Shown: positions 25,829 through 38,109, numbered from the whole stretch's first letter. The stretch is 63,933 nt of DNA, filler included, from Eremomyces bilateralis CBS 781.70 (GCA_010015585.1; 6 parts of 6 records of this genome joined end to end with filler, not necessarily neighbours in it); one strand, 5' to 3'. The notes: a model not told the origin generated them from the sequence alone. Translations and numbers: made by a program.

Positions 25829-27955
25829 GGTGACGGGTTGGTCTAGATTGCTTTTATATACACGAGGCAGATTGATTTATATACAGTAAGATAAGAATAG
25901 GTTTTTAAAGTGTGAAAAGAAAAAAGAGAAGGAAAAGAAAGATGTAAAAGAACGTAGGCGTTGAGGTCCGGGGGGGTAGGAGGGCGGGGAGGAGCTTGAG
26001 GGGCGGGTCCTGGTCGTAGAGGGCTAAAGGTCTCGGTATGCCTCGTTTTGGGTCCCTGTACCGTAGCGATCCAGCTCTCAGCCTGCAAAAAGATTTGTTT
26101 TGTAAAAGGCAAGGCGTCAACGAGCTGGGGCTAACTGGTATGGTCGGCCAGAGGGGGAGGAGACTTATAGCCATCCACGAGTCTAGGAGGTCTCTCAGGA
26201 TGGAGGGAGGGGCGGAAAAGGCAGTAGTAGCGGAAGAAGGAGTAGGAAGAAGGCGAAGGGGTAGGTCCTGGTTGTTGAGGGCCAAAGGTCTCGATATGCC
26301 TCGTTCTGGGTCCCAATACCGTAGCGATCCAGCTCTCAGCCTACAAAAAGATTTGTTTTGTAAAAGGCAAGGCGTCAGCGAGCTAGGGCTAACTAGTATA
26401 GTCGACCAGAGGGTGAGGAGAGTTCTAGCCCTCCACCAGTCTAGGAGGTCCCTAAAACCGGAGGTCGAAGCGGAGGTAGAGGCGGAGGTAGAATCGGAGG
26501 AGGGCGGGAGGGGCCATCTTAGCGGAGGAGGCCAGGGATCGGGGAGGAGGTCCATGTTGGGTCGCTGATGGCAGGGGAATAGGGATTGTAAAAGGGCCAT
26601 CCTAGCTCCGTGGGAGACAATAGGAGGCAATGGGAACAATAGGAGGGAACGGGAACAATAGGAGAGGATGGGAACAATAGGAAGCAATGGAACAATAGGA
26701 AGGAATGGAACAATGGGAGGCAATGGGGCAATCTGCAGCGAAAAGGGGATCTGCAGGCCAACAAAAAGAGCAAGAGTGATATCAGCGACCAAAAGAAGGT
26801 ACAAGAATGATATCCACGAGCAAAGGAGGTACCAGGGGAATATCGACGACCAAAGAAGGTACAAGAGTGGTATCCCCGAGCAAAAAAGGTACCAGAGTGA
26901 TATCAACGACCAAAAGAAGGTACACGAGCGATATTCATCTCCAAAGGGAGGGACAAGAAAAGCTGTCCATCTCCAGCATAACGAAGGGAAATGTATGTTC
27001 AATATTCGTCGTATTAATACTTCGATTTATTACTAGAGGAATTAGTCAGGTATTCCGGAGATAACAGCGAATAGCTAACATATTCTAATAGAGTGGGTCG
27101 AAGGAAGGTAGCGGAGTGGGTAAATTTAATAGAAGTTAGTAGTAACGAAACTAGTAGGGATATAAAACGGCGGAGGTGGGGTAAGAAAAGGGGAAAAGGG
27201 GGAAAGGTAAGTAAAGAACGGAGCGGGAATCGGATCGTGACGGAGCCGGTACACGGATGGGGCCGGGTAAGCGCGGATACGCACGACCAGGTGCACGGAA
27301 CGCACGACCAGGTGCACGGATACCAACGACCAGGTAGATGGATACGCACAGACGGGAACTAGCCAGCACTAGCCAGCACTAGCCAGTACTAGCGGGCACG
27401 GACACGCACGGAGCAGGTGTACGGACACGCACAGACGGGCACTAGGCAGCACTAGGCAGCACTAACGGGCACGGACACGCACGGATTGGTGCACGGATAG
27501 GCATTGACAGCGGCATCGGTAGTTAGTCGGTACTCGGTCGGTACTCGGTACTCAGTCGGTGCGGGAAAGGAGGGCACAGGGCAACCGGTCAGGTATATAA
27601 AGCAGAGATATCCCGGTGGGATGGGTGGTGGGAGAAAGCGACAACTTCACTGTGCGAAGCACAGTTCGTACAGCACTTGGGCAAGCAATGGAGTTGTCGA
27701 TAGTCGGAAATCGATGGACAAGTCGATAGTCGGAAATTGATCGACAAGTCGACAAGCTGACAAATCAGAAGCTGACAAATTGAAAAGCTGACAAATTGAA
27801 AAGATGACAAATTGAAAAGATGACAAATTGAAAAGATGACAAATTGAAAAGATGACAAATTGAAAAGCTGACAAATTGAAAAGCTGACAAATCAAGAAAT
27901 TGAAAAGCTGACAAATCAAGAAGATGACAAATCAAGAAATCGACAAACTGTAGGG
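25829..27955. mobile_element. Unclassified repeat element beginning at TTAA-GG(G)TGACGGGTTGG, with internal direct and tandem repeats
   Basis: The first ~260 bp recur near-identically at 48569-48825, again right after TTAA. Internal ~260-bp-period duplication (26020-26200 vs 26280-26455) and 39-bp and 11-15-bp tandem arrays. Confidence 0.65.
27757..27950. repeat. 15-bp minisatellite (TGACAAATTGAAAAG[A/C])n
   Basis: Directly visible tandem array ending at the contig break. Confidence 0.9.
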
Positions 27956-28144
27956 NNNNNNNNNNNNNNNNNNNNNNNNNNNNNNNNNNNNNNNNNNNNT
28001 TAATTAATTAANNNNNNNNNNNNNNNNNNNNNNNNNNNNNNNNNNNNNNNNNNNNACTACGAAGCTCAGACGGGCCGAAACATTGCTTCCGAAGCGTTAA
28101 GGGCAGGAGATAGACGGCCTCCTTAAAAGGGAGGAGAGACCTTT

Positions 28145-28332
28145 TGTGACAGTCTTGGGCTTTGCCCAGTCTGTGTGTTGTGGCCTTGCGGCCTAAGGCA
28201 GAAGGGATGGGTAGACCGTTTGCCCACAGATGTAAATAGCAGATCGCAGTGAGAGAGATCTTCTCCTTCTCTCTTTAGCAATTCAACAGCGTTACCAGCT
28301 TACCAAATCCTTCGTGGTTTGGGCCCTTGACA
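28145..28332 (+). repeat. 188-bp LTR (family C), preceded by a PPT-like tract
   Basis: TGTGACAG...CCCTTGACA, with AAAAGGGAGGAGAG upstream. A reverse-complement copy lies at 59719-59906. Confidence 0.85.
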
Positions 28333-28600
28333 GCGGTCCCGACCCTACCGCAAGTCCAAGTCTTAGCGCCCGCACTATCCCCGGCTCATCCGGATGTAAT
28401 AGATTGGACAACGCGTGTCACTCAAACGCAAGCTGCTCAGGCCTTGACGCAGAACCGACCGTCGCGCACCTTACACCCGAATCCTAACAACCGTCCGAAA
28501 GGGCGCCTAATCAATTCCAAAGAATTCCAAGCACGACAAGCCGCAGGAGTCTGTTTCACCTATGGAAACGCAGGGCATCGCTCCTTCTAATGCTACTATA
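28333..28600 (+). pseudogene. Gypsy gag C-terminal fragment
   Basis: RQAAGVCFTYGNAGHRSF*C, a degenerate CCHC knuckle. Confidence 0.5.
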
Positions 28601-28644
28601 TACCTCCCCCTCGACGAACCCAGACGAGCGGAGTTTTCACGAAT

Positions 28645-28882
28645 TGTTACGGCACGTTAGCTGGATGCACACAACATGTGATGGATCAGAGGTCCGCAGA
28701 CCTGGATGCCTTGTGGCCTTGTGGCCCGTTTGCTGTGCAGCATCAGGACATAACGCCTCGCACACTTTAGATAGATTCCTCCTTCATAGCAACAATTCAA
28801 TGTTTGCCTCACGATTAGAGATTCCCGACAGTGAGACTCTTACACCAGCTTACCAAATCCTTCGTGGTTTGGGCCCATGACA
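28645..28882. repeat. Mosaic of three LTR families: A end (28645-28676), full B (28677-28844), C end (28845-28882)
   Basis: Each segment aligns to independent copies elsewhere in the window. Confidence 0.8.
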
Positions 28883-28917
28883 TTTTGAGATACTTACCGT
28901 TCGAGGGAACTCAATTG

Positions 28918-31699
28918 CAGGCTGGCTAATCGAGGCGTCGCGAGGCGTCGCGAGGGATGACTAAGCGCCTCGCCTCGCCTCGCCTCGATTGCATACTAAA
29001 CCGCCTCGCGACGCCTGCTGGAACCATGGTTGAGCGTACCAAAGATGAAATTCCGTAATCCTGTATGCCATACAGAGGTCGATATCACGGTGAGGAGGAT
29101 GGTAAAGACGGTGGTGGTGAAGATCGCATACTATATTCTCCTAGCTAGACTCCTCCTCCTCGTCGTCGTCATTATCCACCGCTAGATTCGCTTGTGAGAA
29201 GACGATCTTCTCGAGATCAAGATCACTAATAATACCATTTCTAAACCAATGCTGTAGACACACCAACTTCCTCAACGTCTTCGCGTTCATACGGGCTCTC
29301 TCTGTGTCCAGGAGTCGCCCACAGGAGGACCATATCCGCTCCATATCCGCGGCGGATGCTGGAGTGGCAAAAAGGTCCATAGCGATCCTATAGAGAGCTG
29401 GAAATCGCGTACGATTAGCAATCCACCATTCCATAGGGGCCTTCATCTTCTCCTGAGGCTCGTTGAGATATTCAGAAACCTCATCCACGGAGGAGATTTC
29501 CTGTGGTTCAAATCCAGGCCCCCAAGAACCTAAGAAGTCCTGGTAGGCGCTCCGCACGGTATGATCCGTTGACGAAGAGCTCTCTGGGACGGATATATCT
29601 TGCCGTAACGTGGCGACAGACTCACGTAATTTAGTAATGACTTGAGCCGTGCTAGGGTTTTTCGGTTCCTTGAGATCGAAGAACCTTTTCTTATATCGTG
29701 GATGAAGCAATACCGCGAGCATATACGCAGGAGTCTGCGGGTCCCTCATTTTAAGTTGGTATTTCATCGCCTTAGAGAGGGCTCTCTGTAGAGGCGATGC
29801 GAGCTCCTGGAGAACCGGTCGCCTCGGTATCTCCGCGATCAAAGAGACTAAATCTTTCACGATCAAGTGGATAACGAGGTAAGATTCGAAAAGAGCTCCT
29901 TCAGCACCATCCTCAGCGTTACTTTCTAGGATTTTGGAGCGAATAAGGAAGGGGTGGTAAATCGCTTGGAGCTCTTCTAGAACAGCCCAATCAGCCCCTG
30001 TAAGCCCCTGGAGAGAGGCGTGTCTTGCGCAGTACTGATCAATTGTAGCGCGTAAACGGAGAGCACGACTAATCGAGTCGTATCTTGTATTCCACCGTGT
30101 CTGGTTTTCACGGATAATACGGAGAGGCTGATCGCGACGTCGCTGAGATTGATCGACCATACCCTCTAAAATAGTGGTTTGGATCGTCAAGAACTCTTGC
30201 TCACGTTTCGAGCTACTTTTGATATGGGTAATGATAGACTTGAGGCGTTCAACGGAGACCACATCGACATTCGTTGGAAGCGTAGGACTTCGAAGATTCT
30301 GTCCTGGATGGCCAGGAATGCCACTGTCCTGCGTACATTGAAGGCCATCTGACTCGTCGTTGTCCGTGCCAGCCAAATGGTCGGTAGATAGCTGTTTGCA
30401 TATCAAATTAACGATATGACAGGCGCATCGTAACCGTTTTCCAGAGACCGGGATATTAGTAATATTTCCAAGCTCTTCTACCGCCGTGGTGTTATTATCT
30501 GCGTTATCAGACATCAAGTAAGCGATCCTTTCCTTGATCTTATACGCCTGTACGGTGTTTTTCATGATCCGTGATAGATTTCGCCCTGTATGAGCTCCTT
30601 GAACCTCTTCCACAGTGAGGAGGGTATTCCGTTGGCGTGGTGTTTCACCGCCGGAGATGAAATGGGCCTCGATACCAAAGAAGGGTATATCGGTCGCAGA
30701 CGTCCAGATGTCATACGACAACGATATCTTGCTGGATGCACGCGAAAGTGTATGGGACACAAGAACAAGGCATTCTTCGTATACCTTGGCCACCCTATTG
30801 TATACGGATTGGTGATTCTTTACTCTGAGCTGTGGATCTCCACCGCTCAAAGATTCCATCAATCCGTTGTGTGCCACAGAAGAGGCCTGGCGAAATGGTA
30901 TACCGTCGAGGATCACCCATTTTAAATACGCCGCATTGACATTCAAGAGCCCATTCCGGAGAGGCAGAGAATGGTGATGGAGAGCCCACGATTCACGAGA
31001 TCCAGGAGGGATTACCTGTGATCCACGGCTCAAGAAAGAGTGATCTCTTATAAGATGGTCTCGTGCAGACGACGTCGCGCCGACCCTATAGAGCTTTAAA
31101 TCGAGGTTGGATCGAGCCCTTCGCCAACAGATATAGCAGACCCAATATGGAATATCTTCCTCCTCGTCTACTCTGCGAGCGACGAATCCCCAGTCCCATA
31201 CAACGCTTCGCTTTCGCGGGCTAGATAAGCGATGATACTCTTTCACGAGGGAGAGACCGTATTCACGGAGAAACTCTGGATCAGGCGTGAAATCTCCTAT
31301 TCCGCCGGGGTCAGGAGCATACTCAGAAAAAGAGGAGGAAAACGATGGTAGAGACGACTGTAAAGACGACATATTGATATCGATTCTATACGTTGAGAGT
31401 AATCTTGATATTATACATATATTGACTTTGGATTTGACCAAAACCTCCTCAATATTCATGACTCCAGCTGGAATGTTTAATGAGCTCACCAAATCCCATA
31501 GAATCTGGGTCACATCCAGAAGATACGGACTGAGATGATGAAAGATTGGTAGAATAGGACCAAATGGGTCTAGCGAGACCTTTCCAACCCGCTTATTAAT
31601 TATCCGAAGATATACCGACTGCCTCGCGACGGGTTGATCGAGGAACGAGGCGAGGCGAGGCGAGGGCCTCGCGACGCCTCGCCTCGATTAGCCAGCCTG
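28918..31699 (-). mobile_element. Complete hAT DNA transposon with TIRs and 8-bp TSD
   Basis: TIR CAGGCTGGCTAATCGAGGCG / CGCCTCGATTAGCCAGCCTG. TSD CTCAATTG at 28910-28917 and 31700-31707. CGAGG subterminal repeats. Confidence 0.95.
29141..31513 (-). CDS. hAT transposase (intronless ORF; true start possibly Met at ~31372)
   Basis: BED-like finger (WVCYIC...ARDHLIRDH), SYDIWT, MSDNAD, CACHIVNL, TRWNT and the dimerisation domain WWIANRTRFPALYRIAMDLFATPASAADMERIWS. Confidence 0.92.
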   Translation of the reverse strand: MTQILWDLVSSLNIPAGVMNIEEVLVKSKVNICIISRLLSTYRIDINMSSLQSSLPSFSSSFSEYAPDPGGIGDFTPDPEFLREYGLSLVKEYHRLSSPRKRSVVWDWGFVARRVDEEEDIPYWVCYICWRRARSNLDLKLYRVGATSSARDHLIRDHSFLSRGSQVIPPGSRESWALHHHSLPLRNGLLNVNAAYLKWVILDGIPFRQASSVAHNGLMESLSGGDPQLRVKNHQSVYNRVAKVYEECLVLVSHTLSRASSKISLSYDIWTSATDIPFFGIEAHFISGGETPRQRNTLLTVEEVQGAHTGRNLSRIMKNTVQAYKIKERIAYLMSDNADNNTTAVEELGNITNIPVSGKRLRCACHIVNLICKQLSTDHLAGTDNDESDGLQCTQDSGIPGHPGQNLRSPTLPTNVDVVSVERLKSIITHIKSSSKREQEFLTIQTTILEGMVDQSQRRRDQPLRIIRENQTRWNTRYDSISRALRLRATIDQYCARHASLQGLTGADWAVLEELQAIYHPFLIRSKILESNAEDGAEGALFESYLVIHLIVKDLVSLIAEIPRRPVLQELASPLQRALSKAMKYQLKMRDPQTPAYMLAVLLHPRYKKRFFDLKEPKNPSTAQVITKLRESVATLRQDISVPESSSSTDHTVRSAYQDFLGSWGPGFEPQEISSVDEVSEYLNEPQEKMKAPMEWWIANRTRFPALYRIAMDLFATPASAADMERIWSSCGRLLDTERARMNAKTLRKLVCLQHWFRNGIISDLDLEKIVFSQANLAVDNDDDEEEESS

Positions 31700-31879
31700 C
31701 TCAATTGTCACACGGAGGTCACCTGACTTCAGTGTGTGTTGGGTCACGTGGTTTGTGTTTGCTCGGAGATGTCTATCTCTACTATATCTCTTCACGCTGA
31801 ATTTTAGATACATCCAATACATCGCTCTTCTCTCTCATACGTAATCTTTGCTCGATTGGAGTATTCTCCACATCAATAG

Positions 31880-32149
31880 TGTCACGGTCGTCCTTTTCGT
31901 GCTTTGAGGCGTTAATGTATTGTTGCCTTATGGCCTGATATTGATGCCTCAGCCTCACGATACGATGTGATGTGATGCCCCCGATGTGTTAGGGGCTATC
32001 ACGTGGTGATTCACAATCCCGCTTTGTGTATATTATATCTCTCTCTGTTCTGGTTTCCCATTCTCCTTCTTCATCTTTCGTTTCGTCAAATACAAGCTGT
32101 TTTACGATAGTGATCCATATCCATGGTCCTCCAAAATAGCACCGTGACA
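31880..32149. repeat. Solo LTR-like repeat
   Basis: 8-bp inverted termini TGTCACGG...CCGTGACA. No TSD match. Confidence 0.55.
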
Positions 32150-32382
32150 ATTTGTATGTGTTGGGGGTGCCAAGACCAATTTCTTGGTCCTGCTTTTTTT
32201 GTCGACCGCTTGGGGGGCGGGTGTAGTTGAGCTTTTGGGGCGACCCCGGTCGCTAATTTTGGTGGGGTTTAGTGCCTTGTAGGGGCCAAATCCGCTCTTT
32301 TAACCTACACGCCCACCAAAATGCTTCAGATGATCCTCTGACGGCAACTGAACGTGCCTGCACCGCCACAAGCATCTTGCAG

Positions 32383-32561
32383 TGTTATGGGCATGGCCCA
32401 TGGTTGGCATAGGCTGAGAGCCTAAGCCTAATCAAGCCTAGTAGCGTCGAGATGGCACCTCATCAAGATTCCTCTGTCACAGGTACCTTTACTCTTTATC
32501 TCAATCTAGAATATCTTTGGTTATGTGTATGTTGTGTGCATCCAGCTACCGTGCCGTAACA
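32383..32561. repeat. Solo LTR (family A)
   Basis: TGTTATGG...CCGTAACA termini. TSD TGCAG/CGCAG (one C/T difference). Confidence 0.8.
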
Positions 32562-33334
32562 CGCAGATCCCGTCTGAGTCCCAACTGAGATGATGCCAGG
32601 GCAGAGCTCCAGTCAGGTGGATCCCTGCGCCAGCTTCCCCGCACATGGGAGGTCCGACATCATGCGCTCCATTCCGTCACTCAACCTCGTTGAGCCGTAT
32701 AGTTTTTCTTAACATAAGTCCTCCATCTGAAGATCGCTTATAGATCAAGATATATTGAAGCTTCCGTTGTGAGGCTCGTTGAGTCAATCGATTTCCGTCT
32801 GTCTCCTCCGAGCTCGGTCTCGTGCCCGCTGTGTCCTTTCAATCCTGTCCCTACGTCGATACCCGTCCGCCTGGTCATCTATTGCTGGCCTGGTCTAGTA
32901 TCTGGCATCGTACATTGTTCGCTTCGAGAGCTCTTGGTTGACTCTTTCTCATGTTGGGATCGGCCATCGTTGCGGCAGTGCTCTCGGATGGTAGCTTCTT
33001 GACATTCTCCTCGACCACTTGCGGGAAGCGGGACTCCACGGTCGGACTGATCGTTAAGTCGTACTGAAGTTGTTCCCCAACCTCGGCCTCTAGTACATAT
33101 TGAATTTAGCCGATGGTCTTTGCAGAGTCCAACTTGCTAAGACGACAGCACTAGGAGCCTCTGCACATATAACGTCAGGCTGGTGTATCCTTCTTGAAAT
33201 CGTTGTCCTACCTAACCGTACATCATTTGCCCTTTTTGTATTCTAGTTCACTTATCTTGAGTCTGGATCTTCCAGATATCCCTCCCGCTTTCTCAAAATT
33301 GAGACAGTGGTGACTCAGAAGAGCAGGTGTCAAT

Positions 33335-35419
33335 ATGGCTACTACCACTTCTAATAAAACAGCCTTTACAGCTTTGGCTGCTCGTGCAGCCATCGCCTTC
33401 CTTGTTGCCCCCCTTGGTATCTGCAGTGCAGAGCCAACCCAGGGTGACGAGCTTACAGTCAGGGGCTTGGCCGGAAGCGGCGATCAAGGTGAGTGATAGC
33501 CATGGCTGTTTTACATACCCGTTGATGCCCTGCGTTCAATGTAAGATTTGTTTGGATTGCTATTTCTGTCATATGCCCTTCGCTCATTCGAAATGCCAAT
33601 ATTTGGTGACATGGTTGATACACCACGTTGCTCTTAAATACATTGAGTGTTCCCTCTTCCTCTGTTGACCTTCGCCTCCTACTTGTATCCTTCACGGCCC
33701 TTCGACCCAGCAGATTCAATCCGCGAACACACGCGCAGTATCTACTCTTGTCTCCGATTTCACCGCTAAACGTGGTCCCTAATAGCGCCTCTGCTCGGAT
33801 CGTTGCCAACGACTGCCGGCTACGTTGCCAAAGATGGAGAGACTGGACGTCTACCCGCTCTTGGCTGGAATTCATGGAACGCCTTCTTCTGCGACATCAA
33901 CGAGGAGAAGTTCATGGTAGCAGCAAATCAGATCGTCAAACTTGGGTTAAAGGTATGGTTTCTTTTCTTCCGAGGCATTTTTTTTCTGTGTCATAGATGT
34001 CTCCGCTCCCAGGCCATGCTCATCACTTCACCAGGATGCTGGCTACACCTATGTGAACATCGACGACTGCTGGTCAATCGGGGGAGACCATCGTGACCCG
34101 GCAACACAACGTATGGTCCCAGATCCGTTTCGATTCCCGAGCGGCATCGCTAGTACCGCCAAAAAGGTCCATGACCTGGGCCTGAAAATTGGTATTTATA
34201 GCAGTGCCGGTACCCGCACGTGTGCTGGTTACCCAGCGAGTCTTGGCTACGAGAAGGTTGATGCGGAATCTTTCGCGGATTGGGGAATCGATTGTAAGTC
34301 CCAAGGCCCGGGTCCGACCTTTCCCCGATAGTAACCGGAATCTAGATTTGAAGTATGACAACTGTAACGTACCCTCAGACTGGGCGGATGAATGCAGCTT
34401 TTGCATTCCCGATTCTGGCCATTGGCCGCATGGACCGTATCCGAACGGTACCTGTAAGTACCCGCTTCCTGTCCCTGCCCCTCCTAGTTATACTCCTCGA
34501 GGCCATCGTCATTATCTCCGTAACGACTAATCCCAGACACCAGGCCCTACCCTCCCCAACCAGTGTCCGCCTGACTACGATTGGAAAAAATCCAAAACCG
34601 CCGAACGCTACCGTTGTATGCGCGATGCCCTCGACGCCACCAATCGTACCATTCTATACAGTCTTTGCGAATGGGGAACCGCGGGCGTGCAAAAGTGGGG
34701 TAACGAAACTTCGATGAGCTGGCGTGCCACTGGCGATATCACATGTAAGCAAACAATTTGCCAATCGTCTTAGCTCTTAGATTATCCTAACAGATAGCGT
34801 AGGGCCCGGACTTGAGGCGAAATGGGAGCGGATCGCTGAACTTCTTAACATCTGTTCCTTCAACCTCGATAATACCGATTTCTGGGGCCACTCGGACGCA
34901 GACATGCTGGAGGTCGGCAACGGAGGTCTCACCCCAGCGGAGGCGCGCTCGCACTTCGCCCTGTGGGCCGCGATGAAGTCACCCTTGCTCATCGGCACGC
35001 AGCTGGACAAGATCCCCGCCGATGATCTCGCAATACTTAAGAACAGGTACCTTCTCGCTTTCAACCAGGACCCGATCATCGGGAAGCCCGCCACCCCCTA
35101 CAAATGGGGGACCAACCCCGACCACACGTTCAACGCGACGTACCCGGCCGAGTACTGGTCCGGCCAGTCCAAGGACGGGATGCTGGTGCTGATGGGGAAC
35201 TGGGGCGCAAACCCGGCGAAACGGACCGCTGTGTGGGGCGAGGTCCCGGGCCTGGATAAGGATGCAAGCTACAGAGCGGTCGATGTGTGGACCGGGAAGA
35301 GCCTTGGCTGTCACACGGGGGAATACAGCGTCGACGTGAAACGACACGATACGGCGGTGATTTTTATTACTGGGAAATGTGCACAGCGGGTGGGACAGCA
35401 TCTGAGTGGGAAAAACTAG
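33335..35419 (+). CDS. Secreted glycoside hydrolase family 27 alpha-galactosidase (multi-exon)
   Basis: [50 protein letters not shown] (nucleophile), SLCEWG, WRATGDI (acid/base), [22 protein letters not shown] and a C-terminal beta-sandwich. Putative signal-peptide exon from 33335. Exact 5' exon structure is uncertain. Confidence 0.92.
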
Positions 35420-36944
35420 GCGGCGTAACGCTCCTAGCGATGGCCTCGCACTCGCGTACTGAATGATGGTATCCTTTCGAGTCAATATAGCGCTTCCTCG
35501 TCGAACGGACATGACATGTTCAGGACGGAACACCCATTAGTAGCATTTCATAGACATGTGTCCTCTCTCTGTGTTCACACCCAAGATTTCAATTTGTAGC
35601 GTCATGAGCCTAGTCAACTCACTCTATAGACAGTCACCCTTCGCAGATACTCATCACCGCATCTCGCTCGGTCGAGGCATAGCGGGCCTCGCTCCAGATC
35701 TCATATCGTTAATACTATCCCTCTCCGACATCTGTGCTAGACAAACTGGTAGATCATCAGGTCAAAGCGACAAGCACACAGGGAAAAAGCCTCAAAGTTC
35801 GGGTTAGAAAACACCCCGAAGGCTAGGACTTCCGCGACCTGGCCACTGGCCGTGATCCATATCCTAGGGTTGCTACGTTGAAGGCTATCGGTTACAGATG
35901 GGTGGATCTCGGCCACTTAATTCGTGCGATCGTTTTTTTTTTTGCAGGGAATTTGGGAACCTTCTCCGTCCGGCGGATTTCGACGGTCTATGCTCAAAGT
36001 GGAAGACACTGCCCCAACACAAATATTATCTCGCTGCCAGTGTTTATGATGTTAGGAACATCATGACTGATTTTGGCAACCAGTGGAACAATCCTCCGGA
36101 GCCGGTTCACGGTTTGGTATGGCGGTCCCTCAAAGGTCGTCGCTTCTTGTCAGCGCCACAGTCACGCTAGAAGCTTTGGCAAAAGGTTGAAACACCGTAC
36201 GACGCTGCATCATGATCCGGTGCAGGTGTTCTATCCTCGAAGTTGGCGCCAATACCTCCGTCTTGGCGGCATCGGGGATCTGGAAGGTAGCGCAGCTGCC
36301 GTGTTCGGACACAACCTCTCGTGGCCGTATCGCTAGAAAAATGATGGAAGCGAGAATATCGAGACACTTAGCGGGTCATGGGTGTCCAGTGATGACGATG
36401 GCATCGCTGGTGAGCCTCCGGAGCTGGCCTCCAAATCTTCCAAGCGGCTCGGCAATGGTTCGGGTTCTAGTCTACAATCTCTGGGCCGAACAGGCAGTAG
36501 AGTGACACCACAGACGTCTCTATGCGCAGAATCGAACAGCAGAGGCTCAGCTAAGAGGTCAATATCAATGTCTGAAAGCTCAACCTCGAATGATGCTCGA
36601 TATGTTCAGGGCCGAAGGCCGAAGAGAAACAGGAGCAGTGGCGGCAGTAAACAGAGAAATAGACAGCATTACTGAAAGAAGCAGTTCTTAGAGGTATTTG
36701 GTATTATGGTTTGAGAGGTCAGGGAGCCGAAATTCAAGGAGATTTAACTCAAATTGATGTATATTGATAAGACCAGCGAGCATTGACTATTCCGTGATGT
36801 TCCACAAGTATTGTGATGGCCTGAAAACCAATGGCATAACAAGTCTTTTGTGATGCCTCTGTAAATATAATTCGAGCATTTTATTTAGAGAGATTCGGAC
36901 ACTGTAAACTCTACCTTCGTTCCTCCAGGCTCTATTTGAGCGAC

Positions 36945-37663
36945 GGCTGGTGAGATTTCTCCCTTGCATGAGATTTCTCCCTCACACTAGTAATGGTGGA
37001 AATTAATTGCTCAACTGGGCCTAGCGTACAATTTCCCATCTTCCTCTGCGAACGAACTTCAATACTTCAATGTATTCCTTATTAGGCCTAGGCTGGTGAG
37101 ATTTTCCCCCCTTCAGAAGTACCAAAACCGCCGCTTTGGAAATTTACAAGGCAATATAGCCACACTTTCAACATTATTTTTAAATTCAAAACTTAGATAG
37201 AGTTCTTTAGGACTCCCTCTTGCTCCTAGACTCCGAAATTTAATCCTAATAAGTTGTGGTGTTACGTGATTTAGGATTAAAGTTATGGCAGTTTTTTCAT
37301 ACAACTCACCAAATTCAGCACAAAATTAAACCACAACGCAGGGGGTATTTAGAGATCTAAAATAGTAGGCTCAGTTACCCAGGCTTTAGTATTTTTCTTA
37401 GCATTTAAAAATTATATTATTTCGAAGCTGGTGTTGAGCTGTTTGGCGTTGAAGTTGAAAGCCGGTGATTTTGGTACTTCTGAGGGGGGAAAATCTCAAA
37501 AACGGGGGCGAAAATCTCACCAGCCTTAGGCCTATCTTCTTTCTACTAACGTCGCTGTCTCTTGCGCGGGCTAAGTCCTTTCCAAGCATTTGAAGCCGTC
37601 TCTGCTGTAGCACGCTTAGGACGCTGTCTATGTGAGATAAATAGCGGTTTCGCTCAATCCGGT
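36945..37663 (-). mobile_element. 3' end of a MULE (TIR plus probable C-terminal coding end), cut by LTR family B
   Basis: The terminus GGCTGGTGAGATTTCTCCC...CTAGTAATGGTGGAAATTAA resembles the reverse complement of the MULE end at 3160-3242. 37541-37640 encodes ...ASNAWKGLSPRKRQRR*, shared with 58330-58425. Confidence 0.6.
37091..37525. mobile_element. MULE-derived MITE with 9-bp TSD
   Basis: TIR GGCTGGTGAGATTTTC / GAAAATCTCACCAGCC. TSD TTAGGCCTA at 37082-37090 and 37526-37534. AT-rich non-coding interior. Confidence 0.9.
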
Positions 37664-37749
37664 TGTGATGGATCAGAGGTCCGCAGACCTGGATGCCTTG
37701 TGGCCTTGTGGCCCGTTTGCTGTGCAGCATCAGGACATAACGCCTCGCA
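37664..37749. repeat. Partial LTR (family B)
   Basis: Matches 28677-28762. Confidence 0.8.
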
Positions 37750-38109
37750 TTATCTCAGTTGGGACTCAGCCGGCAATGGTGCCCCCTAGCCAATATGGGG
37801 TTCCGCTATACCTAATAAAGCCCAGCCTCTTCTTTAGCATGCGCCACTAAATATTGACCAATCATATGCCATAAAGGCAGTTGGCACAACTGCCGTCTGA
37901 GAGACTCCTGCAGAGTTTGTATGTATGCGTAGAGGATCATATCATGATATAGGTGAGAGAACTCCCATCGCTAAGCGTACTTGATACTAAAGGGCTATCG
38001 CTAATCTATTATCAGAAATTATTCTACGCGTTGACTTCTACATTTCATCAAGTTTGAGGACCAATCCAACCACTCTACTGTCTAGGAGCGCGTCATATTA
38101 CCTTTTGCC

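Noticed and set aside
25905..27002. 365-aa minus-strand ORF
   Set aside because: It is a low-complexity translation of pyrimidine-rich tandem repeats with no recognisable domain.
27757..27950. Regular repeats here and at 26780-26925 and 12340-12560 as possible CRISPR arrays
   Set aside because: They are tandem minisatellites without unique spacers, in a eukaryotic context.
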